From Chrysomallon squamiferum (Eukaryota; Animalia; Mollusca): 64,000 nt of DNA. Within the stretch, counting starts at the first letter, position 1; every line of letters begins with the position of its first letter. The position numbers and the translations under genes are program-made. The notes beneath the pieces are model-generated. The model was not told the origin of the DNA, made no database searches, and saw only the letters and a list, made by a program, of their open reading frames with translations. The stretch spans positions 682,001 to 746,000 of the forward strand of contig CM022666.1 of assembly GCA_012295275.1 (NCBI GenBank). The letters run 5' to 3'. This document shows, one piece after another, positions 11,353 to 24,879 of the stretch.

Positions 11353-14300
11353 AAAAATTAAAATAACATACAAAAAAATTAAAAAATAGTAATATTTAAT
11401 ATCAGGTTGGAATTTGAAATGGGGAAAGAGCTTAGCAATAAAAACCTATATTTTGTATTAAGTGGAGTTTTTTACTTGGTTAAAATTTTACTGAAGCATA
11501 GCATATCATTTTATAATTATTTGAAATTATATTAAAGAGAAATGTTATTGTGATTTAACAGAATTTTTAAGAATAATATACTGTTATACAAAACTGTTTA
11601 TTAATTTTGTAGATGATTTTTTTAAAATATTTTTATTACTTTGCTTAGATTATTTATGTTTATTGTTATATATTTATATACATATAATGATATATGCTTG
11701 TGTTTTATGTTATGTTGTACAAATAAAAATGTATGACCAGTTTTTTTGGTCTGTAATGTAGTTATATGGAATTTAAATGACTGTGTATGTCCATGTGTGT
11801 GTGTGTGTGTGTGTGTCTATGTGTGTGTCCATTTTTGTCTGTGTTCCATTAACACAAATTTCAATGGAAAAAATATAAAACAAATGTTTTTAATATTTTA
11901 TACAGTATATTCTGTGCATTTTTGTTTATTAATTTTATTGGTTTTTTGGGGTTTTTTTGTTTTTTTTTTTGAGGGGGACTGTTTGGTTTTTTATTCAGTT
12001 AGAAGGGATGCAAAGGCAGCATGCAATTGTGTAAAGCATCTTCTTTAAAAGGCCTCAACATCTTCTTAATATTTTCATTGATTTTGGTTTTAATAAATTC
12101 CTGAATAGCCTTAATACAACAGCAATCATGATTTTAACATCGTTACACATTTATATCAGTCATTCTCAGGTCTATTAACAAGTCATCTTTTACTTATTAA
12201 CCAGTTACGAATGCCAAGATACTAGGTGACACAGAGTCTAAGATTTGTCACAGTGCAATATGGCTTCTTGGCTTTTGTTCTTCGTTATCATAATTAATAT
12301 TCACCATATTCTCAAATACTCTGCCATTGTCATATCTACTACATCGAGTTGTACATATTGTATGTGTGACGTCAGAAAGTAAAACAGAATAACTTTATTT
12401 TTTCCCTTTTATTCCAAATATACAGGACACCTGTTTTTGTTTTCTTTATATTGTTATACTTGCAGGTATATTTATTTCAGGTAAAATATTTATTTATTAA
12501 TAAAATTAATGTGATATTTGTAGTTTTATATCAAACTGGAAGAAAACAGAGAAATATAGTCAGTAAACTTGTCTAATTTTTTTGTATTTTGTGAACTGCT
12601 AGGAAAATATAATTTATAAATGGAAAAACGTATTAATAAATTAATGTTTAATGATACATGAAGACAAATATATTTTGTATGAATGGTTATCAGTTTTCAA
12701 GCATATAATTTTTTTGTAACAATGAGAGATAAAAAAAAGCATTGTTAGAAAATAGAATTACAAAAAAAAAAATACGTGAAAAAAAACCCTCACAAAATGA
12801 AAATATAAACAACCAAATAATAAATTAAAATTTTATTGCTTATTTTTGGCTAAGATGAACAAACATTCAAAGAATTATAATCAACATACATTTGAAAATG
12901 AAGCAAAAAACACAAACAGAAAGTAATAGAGTAATGTGGAGTATAAAATTTATCAATGATTTAAGGAGAGAAATGTTAATCTTTACTTTTCTCTTAGATC
13001 TTTCAAAAACGAGATTTGATGTAGCCTGTTGTTATATGCAGCAGAAATTTGAAAAACAAAACATGCATATAACAAGTACTAGACCTGATTATTAAAAAAT
13101 GTTTATAAATTATAATACATGTACATCTTTATTTAGTTTAATATCAATAATATCTGCTTACCATTAATAAATACTGTACAAATTTAGTATACTTCAGACT
13201 TTTTTTTTTAAACTTGTGACCAATTATAGTAAATACTCAACATGCCTGAAGGCCAGTATTTTCTAAAAAAAATTGTTACATCGTATTGTGTATTTAATGT
13301 TAAAAATAACGACAGTGTAAATGATATTGCGTTACTGTAAATGTTAATATTGCAGACATTATCAAAACATAAATAAAAAAATAAAATTTTTCAACTTTTT
13401 ATGCATCCTTCCAAATTTGTTACTTTATTGTTGTTCTTTTTCACTGGTGGTCATTGCATTGTTGTTAGTAGACTTAGTTGTAGGAGTAGAAAGAGTAATA
13501 GTAATAGACATAGTAGCAGTTATAGTAGTAGTAGCAATAGCAGTAAAAAGTGGTAATAGTAGTACTAGTTGCATATAATATTTTTTAACAATATAATACT
13601 TTTTCTAAAACTTCTACTTCCAGTTTGTTAATTCAAAGCGCTAACACGTATGTAAAAAAATCAAACTGTTTATTAAAAATTTTAATATTTAAAAGAAAAA
13701 AGAATGAAATAAGCATTGAAGTTTTCTTAATTAATCCTTCAGTACAAAACAATTAATGCCATGGTTTTCTAAATAAACTATATTTCTGTTGATTAAAACA
13801 AAATATTTATAAGTAAATGAGTTATATAGTTTCTTAAGACTTAAAAAGGAAAGAGTTTAAGAAAAAAAAAGAAATTCAGAAAAATCCAGTATATTATCAA
13901 ATTAATTATACTTCATTTTCATTCTGTTAATATTTACAGTTGGACATTTTACTGTTTCAAAACTTGAAAAAATAATTTAAATATTAGTAAACAATTTTAA
14001 TAAACTATTAGTAAACAATTTCAGTATAAATCGGTATTAAATTTATTTTGGTTATTTCATTTATTTTTTAATAGTTATTTATTTAAAGATATCAATTTTT
14101 TAAATATAAATTAAAGCTCAAATTGGTTATTTATTTACTTATAAATGTTAACATTTATTTATGAAATAAAGTTTATTTTATTTTCAGTAGTTCATTTATT
14201 TAATTATTTATTTATTACTTATTTTTATTTTTTAATTATTTATTTATTATACATTGTTTTATCAAATAAATTCATTCCTATTTCATTCCCCATATATGAT

Positions 14301-14379
14301 GCCATAAATGAAATAAAATTTTGCCCTAAAATTTTTATATATATATATATCATTTTACAAATTAAAATAAAAGTTGATT

Positions 14380-16556
14380 TCAATTTTCCATATCCATCAA
14401 AAATGAGGCAGCAGCATCCAAATTTCCCATCTGCTGAAAAATATCTCTGATGACTTCAAGTGGGTAGTTGGGAAACATGCCTTCAAGTTGTTTGATTTCA
14501 GGGTTTGATGTGAGTGGCACATTTGCTTCATAATCAACAGACAGATCTTCATTCTCAAGTTGAGGAGATGGCTGATGTGGTTTTGGCTGAGGTGGGAACT
14601 GCCTCAGTCTTTGTGGTGGCGATTTTTCAACTATCAAATGAAATTTGAAGAAAAAGAACCCATTTTTATAACATTTAAGTCTGTGTGTTAAAGTTACTTT
14701 ATTCACTGCTCAACATTTGGCTCTTTTCACATAAAGCCTGGATGTGTTGCACGAAAAACAACTGGCAACTGTAAGTACTTTTTTAAATGACTAGAAATTG
14801 TAATTATTTCTTTAAACATGGAGAATTGCAGACATTTAATGAAATTATTGCATACATTTTATAGACTTCATCTAAATAGCTGAAGAAAATGATCAAGCCA
14901 ATGTCATCATAATATATTTTCAGATTTAAATTATTAAAAAATAAAATATGCGCCACAGCAAAATGGTTTCAAATGCTGTACATTATTTTAAATAAAATGA
15001 TGAACCCCCATTACCTGGTAAGTAAAATCAAACTTAAATAAAATATTAATTTGGGGAAATTAACTACTCAGTTTATTTTAATATTTTTATTAATGAATTT
15101 TCTTTGATCTCTGTTTACCTGGTCTTTTGTTTTGAACAGCTGATGCCATAGCAACACCTGATGCATTTTCAGGTTTCTGCTGGGCAGGCTGAGGAGCTGG
15201 AAAGAAAAAATAATTAGTTAAAAACAAATTTAAAAAAAACAACAGAAAATTAAGAATTATTTAACACCATCAACAAAATATACATCAAAGAAATTAAAAA
15301 TGTATTCTGTGGAGTTATTTGATACTTTAAAGAAAAAAAATTCAGTGAAGATATACAAAAGATTTTTTTGTTACAATGCACTGTACACTTAATGTTCAAA
15401 AACCCTGGCAATGTAAATCATAAAAAAAAAGAAGAAAAAAAAAAAAAAAATTATTATATAAAATATAGAAAAAAAACTCAGCTATAGAACTATTAAACAC
15501 TTCAATTAATAACACAGCACAATAAAATACAATTTATAATTCAATAAATGCAATATAAGTAGAAACACAATTCAGTTAATAATAATGGGAAAAGACAAGG
15601 CAAACTGAAATATTTATGATACTAATAAAAAAAACTCAAACTATACCAATCAGTGTAAGTAATAATGAAGTTATTCAAGCGATCTAGATCCTTCTTTTTT
15701 GAGTAAGTATTAAGTTGAAAGATGACACAAGTGTGAAAACAGGTATACAATAAAATAATAATCACTAATAAAGACAAATATATTTCTGTTAGCTATGACA
15801 ACATAGATAGTTTTTAACCATTATAAATAAAACTGGTTATATACTTTTAATACTTGTTTAAAGTACAGTATCCCACATAATGACTTTTAAAAATAATCTG
15901 CCAGTTTTGACATGATAACTACTAATAAATTTCCTTATATTTTTTGTTAATTTTTATTTTACTCTCTCTCTCTAGATTTATTTTCTCCCTAATAATTTCA
16001 TTCACCCTTGTGTAAAGCTTTTTCTAGTTTAAGAAACACTGATTAATCTTCTGTGCTATTAAATAAATGTTCCCTTCTAGGATAGATATGAAAATTTAGA
16101 CGAAATGTTCAAGAAACCTTGATTATTTTTCTCCAGCCTGTCTAAAAAAGCATTGTTCTTCCTGTAACAACAAAAAAGAAAAGAAAAAAGAAATATAAAA
16201 AAAAGAAACACATCCTTAAGAGTATAATATTTATATTTAAAAAAAACATCATTTATCCACAGATTCATTTAATTCATGATTTTTAAGACAGTGAAATTGA
16301 TACTCTTTTTCCCTTTCCCCTTCTTTCTTTCAGTCAAAACTACATAAATTAGCCTATAAACTTTTTAACTGTTTTGTTTGTTTGTTTGTCTTTTTTTTTT
16401 TTTTTTTTTTCACTAAGGGTAAATCCACCATTTTGTTTTCTAGACTGTTACAGACCTAGAATGAATATGTTCCATTTGAGAAAATTAAAGTTTTGAAATA
16501 CTGATAATAAACTATGTTATATACATAGCTTTATTAACAGGATATCAATAAAATAT

Positions 16557-16587
<31 letters not shown>

Positions 16588-19577
16588 TGTTGGTGTGATT
16601 TCATGAACTTGAAACATTCAACACTATTTACAATAGTAACATTATGAAGAAGTAAAATGGCTGCAGTGCTTTTCAAACTGGGACAGAAAACACAAAGGAT
16701 GAAAAAAATCAGCCAGAAAGAAAACTGATATAAAATATAAAATTCATTAGAATTACCTCCTCATATCTTCCTTCCACTTCTCTTGTCTTTCTCTTTCCCT
16801 CTTTTCCTTCAGTTCAGCCTGAAAGGTATAAATATATTGTGTATGTTAAAAGTTAATTCACCAGTATGAGGATGTTAATAGTTAATTCACCAGTATGAGG
16901 GTGTTAATAGTTAATTCACCAGTATGAGGGTGTTAATAGTTAATTCACCAGTATGAGGGTGTTAATAGTTAATTCACCAGTATGAGGGTGTTAATAGTTA
17001 ATTCACCAGTGTGAGGGTGTTAATAGTTAATTCACCAGTATGAGGGTGTTAATAGTTAATTCACCAGTATGAGGGTGTTAATAGTTAATTCACCAGTATG
17101 AGGGTGTTAATAGTTAATTCACCAGTATGAGGGTGTTAATAGTTAATTCACCAGTGTGTGGATGGTAATAGTTAATTCACCAGTATGAGGGTGTTAATAG
17201 TTAATTCACCAGTATGAGGATGTTAATAGTTAATTCACCAGTATGAGGATGTTAATTCACCAGTATGAGGATAAATACCTGTTCACCAGTATGAGGGTGT
17301 TAGCAGTTTTCTTCAGTATGAAATCAAAGCTTCCACCAGTATGAGGGTGTTAATAGTTAATTCACCAGTATTCTTTTCCTTGTTTCCATAAATTGTTCTT
17401 TTGCTGTTAAAAATGAACAAATGAAAGAAAGAATGAATGAATGAATGAATGCACAAATTTACACATGAACAAAGGTAAGAATGAATGAATGAATGAATGA
17501 ATGAATGAATGAAAGAAAGAATGAATGAATGAATGAATGCACAAATTTACACATGAACAAAGGTAAGAATGAATGGTGGATGTATGAAAGAATACAAAAA
17601 AATATAACAAAGGTGTAAATGATTGAACAAATTATGGAATGTATGTAGTATGTATGTATGTATACATGTGGGTGTGAGTGTTTGTATGTGTGTGTGTATA
17701 TGTATGCATGTATGTGTGTGTGTGTGTGTGAGAGAATGTGTGAGTTTTTGTGTTATAAATGTGTGTAATATGTGTTTGCTGGTAATAATCTTCCATTACA
17801 GACAAGTAATATAATATGCAGAATGACAAATACATGCATGATCTGATACTTAAAACAAATATGTACCTCTCTTTGCAGCTTTGCATTGGCTTGTGACTGG
17901 ATCATTTCTTTTCTGGCTTGAGTTATGTTTTTTTCACCTCCACCTGCAAAACAACAACAACAATAATAATAATCCAAGAAAATAAACCGGAATAGAGATT
18001 GCAAGAAAATTAATGTTTGGAAACATGAAATTAATGTTCTATCTCAGTAAAATCTGGAGACAGGAAATACTACCATTTAGACATGTGGGGTTAACAAGAT
18101 CAATTAAGAGAGGAAATACTACCCATATAAATACTGCACAGTCATGATGTTTGTTATGTGTGATCATGGCTGCAAAGGGAAACATTCTGGACGGCAGAAA
18201 ACCAAGTGCAGACCTCATACTTGATGGATATAGGTATGCACAGCGGATTAGTAACAAGAATGGTACGGTACCATGGAGATGTTTGTATTCTAGGTGCCTT
18301 GCCACCGTGACTACTACACCTGATGGGACTGTAGTCAGGAGAGGTAAAGACCACATCCATTCCTCGGATGAGAGTTGCTGTCCACCTACTGAAATGGAAC
18401 AACTGGCGTGTCCAGTTAAGATGTGTTATAATCTCACTGCCAGATTCGGAAATAAACTGTCAGCACTGTAACTTACCTACAGTCCCTACATAGGACACTC
18501 TTGTTATTTTCTTCTGTTCCTTATGAGCTTCATAATTCTGCATTTCTCTCTGGGCTTCTGTGAAAATAACAATTTATATTTAAATAGATTTTTTTCAGTT
18601 CTAAATGTATAAACAGAATTAATCTGTGCATGTGTGTATGTGTGTGTATATTTGTGTGCATACAGGACAACTTAAGCAATCACTATTTTGAGATAACTGA
18701 GGGAATTCCCCTTATTATATTACATATTATGTTACATATTCTAAATAAGGTGTGTATGTGTGTGTGTTTATATTTATTGATTACCGTAATCAGGTTTTTA
18801 ACAGCTTGTTACAATTAATAATCAAACTGCTGAAATAAAACGATACATAATGTATTTCTTAGTTACAAGATCTGTTCTGCAGATTGGGGTAATTAACTGT
18901 TTCACTAATTATCAGTACATATTAATTTTGAGTGAATATTTAATTGTTATTTCAGCTAACCATATAAAAATGTAAGTTAATGTGTGTAGTATATATAAGT
19001 TAAATGTGTGTGTGTGTGTGTGTGTGTGTGTGTCTGTGTGTGGGGGGGTGTGGGTGTGGGGGGTGTAATTGTGAGTTAATATGTTATTTAATACAAACGT
19101 TCGGTAATTTTTTTCCGCCTTTGTTCATCGGGAGCCTGTACAGAGAACCCTCCAGCACTGAAAATAAAATTCAAAATCAAATTTTAATTAAGAATTTATC
19201 TGAACCATGAAAAATAAAAGAAAAAAAAATTAAAACACAACAACCAAACAATGAAGAATATGTGTTTGTAGCATCATAAAGTCAAATTTATAATACGGAA
19301 AATAAATAATTTAAAAAAAATGAATTATAAATACTTACTAAACTGGATTCGACCCAGCTTCATTTGCAGGATCAGTTCTGTTTCTGTTTTGATTACCACT
19401 TTCTTGTGTCACGTCAGAATTCCACATCCTTCTTGTGGGTGCTGGGTTACCACGTATTCCTGTGTTTGACAACTTCACCTCGCGTCCACCTCTACCTACA
19501 TTTGTATTATTTTGCGATCTTATTCCTCTTCCACGAACGGTAGTCGTACTTCCTGAACTACGTGATGTTCTGTTCAT
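14380..19577 (-). CDS. EPSTI1: EPSTI1-like coiled-coil protein with C-terminal CUE-like domain; exons 19577..19339, 19157..19099, 18557..18477, 17943..17867, [17403..17279 corrupted], 16818..16757, 16161..16118, 15196..15119, 14630..14380
   Basis: The spliced peptide YAGGFSVQAPDEQRRKKITEQAQREMQNYEAHKEQKKITRVSYVGTVGGGEKNITQARKEMIQSQANAKLQRE...AELKEKRERERQEKWKEDMRRKNNAFLDRLEK follows the EPSTI1 pattern (human YTLIAPNINRRNEIQRIAEQELANLEKWKEQ...LGGSQSETEVRQKQ...KTAEFLSKL). Phases match across the intact exons. The last exon has IKQLEGMFPNYPLEVIRDIFQQMGNLDAAASFLMD (MFP motif, CUE/UBA-like). Confidence 0.82.
16845..17370. repeat. 29-bp minisatellite (taattcaccagtatgagggtgttaatagt)n
   Basis: About 15 near-identical copies, plus fragments interleaved with an EPSTI1 exon. 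Confidence 0.95.
18151..18471 (+). CDS. Intronless FLYWCH-type zinc-finger ORF nested antisense in EPSTI1 intron 3 (likely MULE-derived; first ATG candidate 18166)
   Basis: LILDGYRY...NGTVPWRCLYSRCLATVTT...KDHIH fits the FLYWCH pattern (L..GY.Y, WxC, C, HxH). No transposase domain or terminal inverted repeats are visible. Confidence 0.7.
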   Translation: MLCVIMAAKGNILDGRKPSADLILDGYRYAQRISNKNGTVPWRCLYSRCLATVTTTPDGTVVRRGKDHIHSSDESCCPPTEMEQLACPVKMCYNLTARFGNKLSAL

Positions 19578-20138
19578 AACTTCCGTGTGTTATTTTCTTG
19601 TAATTAACAGTACTTTCAGTTTCATAAGTGTCATAAGAATAGCTGTTATTTTGGAATTCCCCTCCTTTTGTAATGAGTAAACAAAACAGTACAAGGGAGA
19701 TCACTCTCATAATATTCGTAATCAGAAGGTTGTAACTTTCTCGATTTATTGCTATATTAAATTAATGTCTTTAATACAGCAAATATGTGTTAATAAACAT
19801 GGAGGACAAAACAAAATTTTTGTTTTGTTATTTTACTTTATTCAATCAGATAGATTATATTAATTTTGGTCAGTTGCCTCTGATTTCCTTTACACTTTGT
19901 GACTTGACACAGTCTAAACTGCGTGATTCTATGTATAATTAATTCTTAGCGGTGTTTAGCAGTTTATATGGAGTGAAAAAAGTAACTGTTTTATCAATAT
20001 CAAATGATGAATCATGTACAGCTTCATCAGTGGTTTTATTACAGACAGACATTTTCAGTCTTGGTTACATAAAGATATTTTTATAGTAGTGTATTTGAGT
20101 TCTCATTTTGAATTAGAGGAAATCACAACAAACACGCG
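19578..20138. promoter_or_regulatory. Bidirectional promoter EPSTI1 (-) / TMEM254 (+), ~560 bp between start codons
   Basis: Head-to-head ATGs. ETS-type CGGAAGT directly upstream of the EPSTI1 ATG, and AAGGGAGATCACTCT at 19693-19707. Confidence 0.65.
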
Positions 20139-20619
20139 ATGGCGGAAAATGGAGATACCTCTAACGGTAGAAGAAACGTCAACAGTAATTACTTTAAGTT
20201 TCCCCATCCATTCTGGGTCGTCACTATTACCTTTGGAATTTGGTTGTTAACGGTAAATTACTGAAAATAATTTTGAGCTGTCAGTGAATATGTGAAATTT
20301 CAACGTTTATACGATTTGTATATAGAACTTTGTAATGTTCTGTCAAATGTGTGGTCTAAGTTCAGTAGAATTTTAATAACTAAGACTCATCATATTTAGT
20401 AAACTTTAATAATTATTTGGTAATTCAATGTGCTCTTAAGTTTTCATGGATATTATTTATTGTTTTGTATATTTTCACGAAATTGTTTTAATTTATTTAT
20501 TTGTGCGTTCGTTCGTTTGTTTACAAATAAATGTGTAAAGCTGATCAGAAGGTTATCTTGTTTTAAATAATTTCATTCAACCACACAAATACATTGAAAT
20601 ACACATCTACAGTAAATAT

Positions 20620-20664
<45 letters not shown>

Positions 20665-22557
20665 AATTGAATTTGTACTTAATTTCTCTTTAGAAAGGGA
20701 TATATATAGATACATACACTCACTCTAATACATATTGCTTTATGCTAATATTTCTTTTCATTATAGATGTCTACCTTTGTTCCAAATCATATTCCATCTT
20801 TCCTTGGACCAATTTGTTGGATAGGCCAATATATGGGATTCAACTATCCACTAATCTGCAAGATATTGTAAGACAATTTGTATTTCTGCATATATGTGTA
20901 TATCTTTATAAATACTTTGGTAGTTTAAAAAAATATATATCTTAATTGTTTTATGCATGTACTGTTATATTTGAAATATTTAAGCAAACGTTTTATACTG
21001 GCAAAGTGTAACAACACATCATGCTTGTTAATTTGTCATTCTCCATTACACTAGAGTTCATTTTTCACTTTAGGTTTTGTTACAATGCTGTTATCTTTTC
21101 TTTGTATTTAAAATGAAATGGTAAATGCTGTCTTGTATATAATTTAAACACTTTTACTTCTTCTTGAAACTTAATTTTAAAAAAAAAAAAAAAAGATTAA
21201 TTTTGACTATAATATAGCTACAATGATTTTAAATATAACAATTTTGTAAATTTTTTATTAGTAGTATTTTTTCTTCTTTATATATTACTGTTGTTGTTGT
21301 TATTTATGTTGATATTAGTATTGGTGTTCCTGTTATTGTTACTGTTGCTTTTTGACATTGGTACCAAGAATGGTATTATTATTACTACTACTACTACAAC
21401 CATTACTATTGCTACTGCTACTAGTACTACTACTACTAATATTATTATTACTACTACTACTACAACCATTACTATTGCTACTGCTACTAGTACTACTACT
21501 ACTAATATTATTATTACTACTACTACTACTACTACTACTGCTTCTACTACTGCTATATGTTTATTTTTCAGGTTTATAGGAATGATTATTGTTCACTGTT
21601 TTGAAGCAGCCTATGCTGAACAGTTCTGTGTGTGAGTATTAATTAAATTAAAGACTCTGTCACCATTCCCCTCATTAATTACTATTTAAAATGGGAGGAA
21701 AATTAGTAACAAATTACTTGGAATTATTTAGCAGCATTCTTAATTAATTTTTATCTTAATATTTTATTAACTTAAATAAACATGCTATCAAAACGAGCAC
21801 ATAGTTTAAATAGACGTTGAATGCCGTTAATCAAAATTATAAAATTTAGTTATTTATTCAGAGAGGAAGTTATCTCTAGCAGATATTAGAAATGTTATTA
21901 GTAATACAGTTGAACAAACTAAACTTTAAGTAAGTTACATTTTTAATGGAGTAAATATTACCAGTATATTAAGTGTCTGCCCTGCCATAACCATTGTTAG
22001 AAAATTAGTCAGTGTTTTGTAATGATGTGTTTAAGAAAACTTCTATTACCTTTTTAGAGATAGTACATTATAAATAAACAAATGTTTAATTGTGTAGTTA
22101 AAGAAGCAAATAATTACTTTTTTAAGAAAGATTATTATTTATTATTATTATTTTTTTATTACTTTTATTATTATTATTATTATTATTAATATTTATTACT
22201 TTTATTATTAATTATTTATTATTGTTATTATTATTATTACTATTATTACTATTATTAAGTTATACAGATGTTTGATATCAGTTAGCTAATGACAGAAAAT
22301 TATGTACTAATTGTAAAGTTAAATAAACGAACTTTGAATTAAAATATTAATAATTTACATTGATGTTTGATGTCAAGTATCTTTTATTAGAAATTCTTGT
22401 AAAGTAAAAGAAAACAAAAATTTAAATAAAAATTTCTTTCAGGGAAAGAGGATTTTCAATGAGTGCAGCAGTAAAATGGACTCTACAGACTCTAATATTT
22501 GGATATGCATCACTGATTCGATTAAAAGATTATGGAAATGATAAAAAATACTCATAG
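20139..22557 (+). CDS. TMEM254: Transmembrane protein 254 (DUF4499), 129 aa: join(20139..20252,20767..20867,21572..21631,22443..22557)
   Basis: GT-AG introns with phases 0,2,2; 390 nt. YFKFPHPFWVVTITFG...PNHIPSFLGP...IVHCFEAAYA..FC..RG...KWTLQTLIFGYASLIRL matches human TMEM254 motifs (YFQR..LFWF, IP..LGP, IHVGESLYA..LC..KG, WFLQTFFFGIASL). Absent from the ORF track because the exons are short. Confidence 0.9.
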
Positions 22558-24580
22558 TCTTCATGGACTATTAAATACATTCAAATAAATTACTTTTAAC
22601 ATGAGCAGCGTTAATATCAAAGCCACAAAATTTGTAAATTTAGTAATAAACAACGTTAAGCAAATTCAAGTTTAATTATAATTTATGTGAATTTCTATTT
22701 TTATTATAATTTGAAGAATGTTCCAGGAAATTTTTGGTTAGTAATGGAACTGCAGATTTTAATAATTACAGATTACTGAATATTCAGGCGTAAATCATCT
22801 ATTCTCGTGCTGTGAGAAAACATCTGTTAATTTTATTTTTGATAATGGAATAATAATTGTTATGAATTCCAGTTTTGTTGTTAATTTTCTGAAAATCTAC
22901 AAACAATTAGTAAATTCCGACAGTAATCAAACCATTTTTTAAAAAGAAAATTGTCTTCTTTTTGCTCTGTAAATCCAAAGCACAAAACTGTCTTTTTATA
23001 AACTTTTTATTGATTGGACATTTCTTATTTTACTATCTTTACGATTGTTATTTTATATATCTATATGTATACATCAATGTGAATATATCTCTTAGTGTGT
23101 TTTGTATTCCTTCTTCTTTTTATTTTTTTTAAAATTTTAAAATTTTTATTAAAATGATTATAAATGGCAGAATGCTTGATAAAAAGATGGATGTTCAGGG
23201 TATGTAAATGTAGAAAAACATAATACTGGCCTTATTAATAATAATAACCATTAACATACAAAATATTTAGAAAATGTCCAGAAAGGCTCACCCTTTTACT
23301 CACTTCAAGAAGGAAGATCAACTGATAAAGAAGAATAGAATCAGTTGGCTTGACAGTAAGATATCTTTACCCAAATTCTTTCTGTAACTACACTGGACGC
23401 ATTATAGATATCATCATAATTTCTTCTCTACACAAAGATGAATATAAAAAAATTCTTGCTACTAATGAAAAAAAGTAGCTTACACTTACAGTATAGTGGT
23501 AGGAAGTTATTATTTTCTCATATGACTACATTACTAAACATCTCTGTACTGTGAAAAGGTGAGTTTGAAAAATATGTAATATAGTTATAGTAGGAAGTTA
23601 TCTTTCTTGCATATGACTAATTTATTTAAAAGTCTGTGTTTGTTCTGTAAGTTCTATGCAAAGATGAAATAAATAAATTTGTGCTATGAATAAAATAAAA
23701 ATAAAGTAGCTAATGGTATGGTGATATGAAATTATCTTTCTCATATATGACTAATTTAGTTAAAGGTTTGTATAAAAGATTCTTTGATACTTGTAAAAAA
23801 GTGTCAATGTTTTAGTGGCAATAGCAGTAATAAATGAATGACACATAAAATGTATTGTGTGTCAAAATATACTTTCACAAAACAAAAAAACTAAATGATT
23901 TTCGAGATAGAATATCTAGCATTTGTCAGTAGTATTTTTCAACATATTGCATTGCATATTAAAAAAAAAAAAAAAAATATTTCTCCCTTCAGAAAATAAT
24001 GGAATTTCAAACAGCTGTCAGTGGATAACCTACTGTTTATAAGTGAAATGTTTACAGGATACCAGATGTTTGTATTCTCTGTTTGTTTAGGGTATAATTA
24101 GTTCCTATCCATGACTTTCATGTGAATGTGTGTGAATGTTTGTTAGTGAGGGTATGTTTCAGTGAATATTTAGATGTACAAGTCTTTCAAAATATTCCAG
24201 ATTATATATTTGTAATGAATGAATGCCCATTATGTATTTTGTCATAATTTTTAATTAAATTCATTTTATGATGCTATTATAATGATATTAGAGTTGATGA
24301 CTAGAACAGAAAATATTTTTGTAATCCTCAGTAATAAAATTGTTAATAAAATATTTTATCTTTTTTTCATTTGTGTCTCTTAGAAAATTAGATAAACATT
24401 TTCTTCTTTCTGAGCTGAAGAATAGTAACATTTGGCCAGATTTAAGAAAATATATATATATGTGATTCAGATCCAGTAATAAATGATTTTTCTTTCATTA
24501 GCATTTGAATTAATGTTCACATTAATTATCTTGACAATATCTTAAATTCAAGGTGTTTTTTAAATTCAAGGTGTTTTATT

Positions 24581-24618
<38 letters not shown>

Positions 24619-24879
24619 GGGTGGCATTGTAAAATATCTCCAGAAATCATTTACAAATGTTCAGTGATTGTTAAAATCATATTCATTCTAGTGAGGGTTT
24701 ATTATTTTTATTATTATCATCATCATCATCATCCTTATTATTATTATTATTGTTATCATTATACTTTTATTATTATTATTATTATTATTATGCTTTTATT
24801 GTTGAAAGTCATAAAGATAAAACATCCTAAAATAACACACAAAAAGTAAATAAGTAAGCACAAGCAACAAGAAGATAAT

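Noticed and set aside
16845-17370. 29-bp repeat array as a CRISPR array
   Set aside because: Units are head-to-tail with no unique spacers, there are no cas genes, and it lies in a spliceosomal intron.
20014-20250. 78-aa ORF as a gene
   Set aside because: Wrong frame; the real exon is TMEM254 exon 1 from ATG 20139, supported by splice phase and motif match.
21278-21579. Thr/Leu/Val-rich ORFs as mucin or membrane proteins
   Set aside because: (ACT/ATT)n triplet tracts with a 63-bp duplication inside TMEM254 intron 2.
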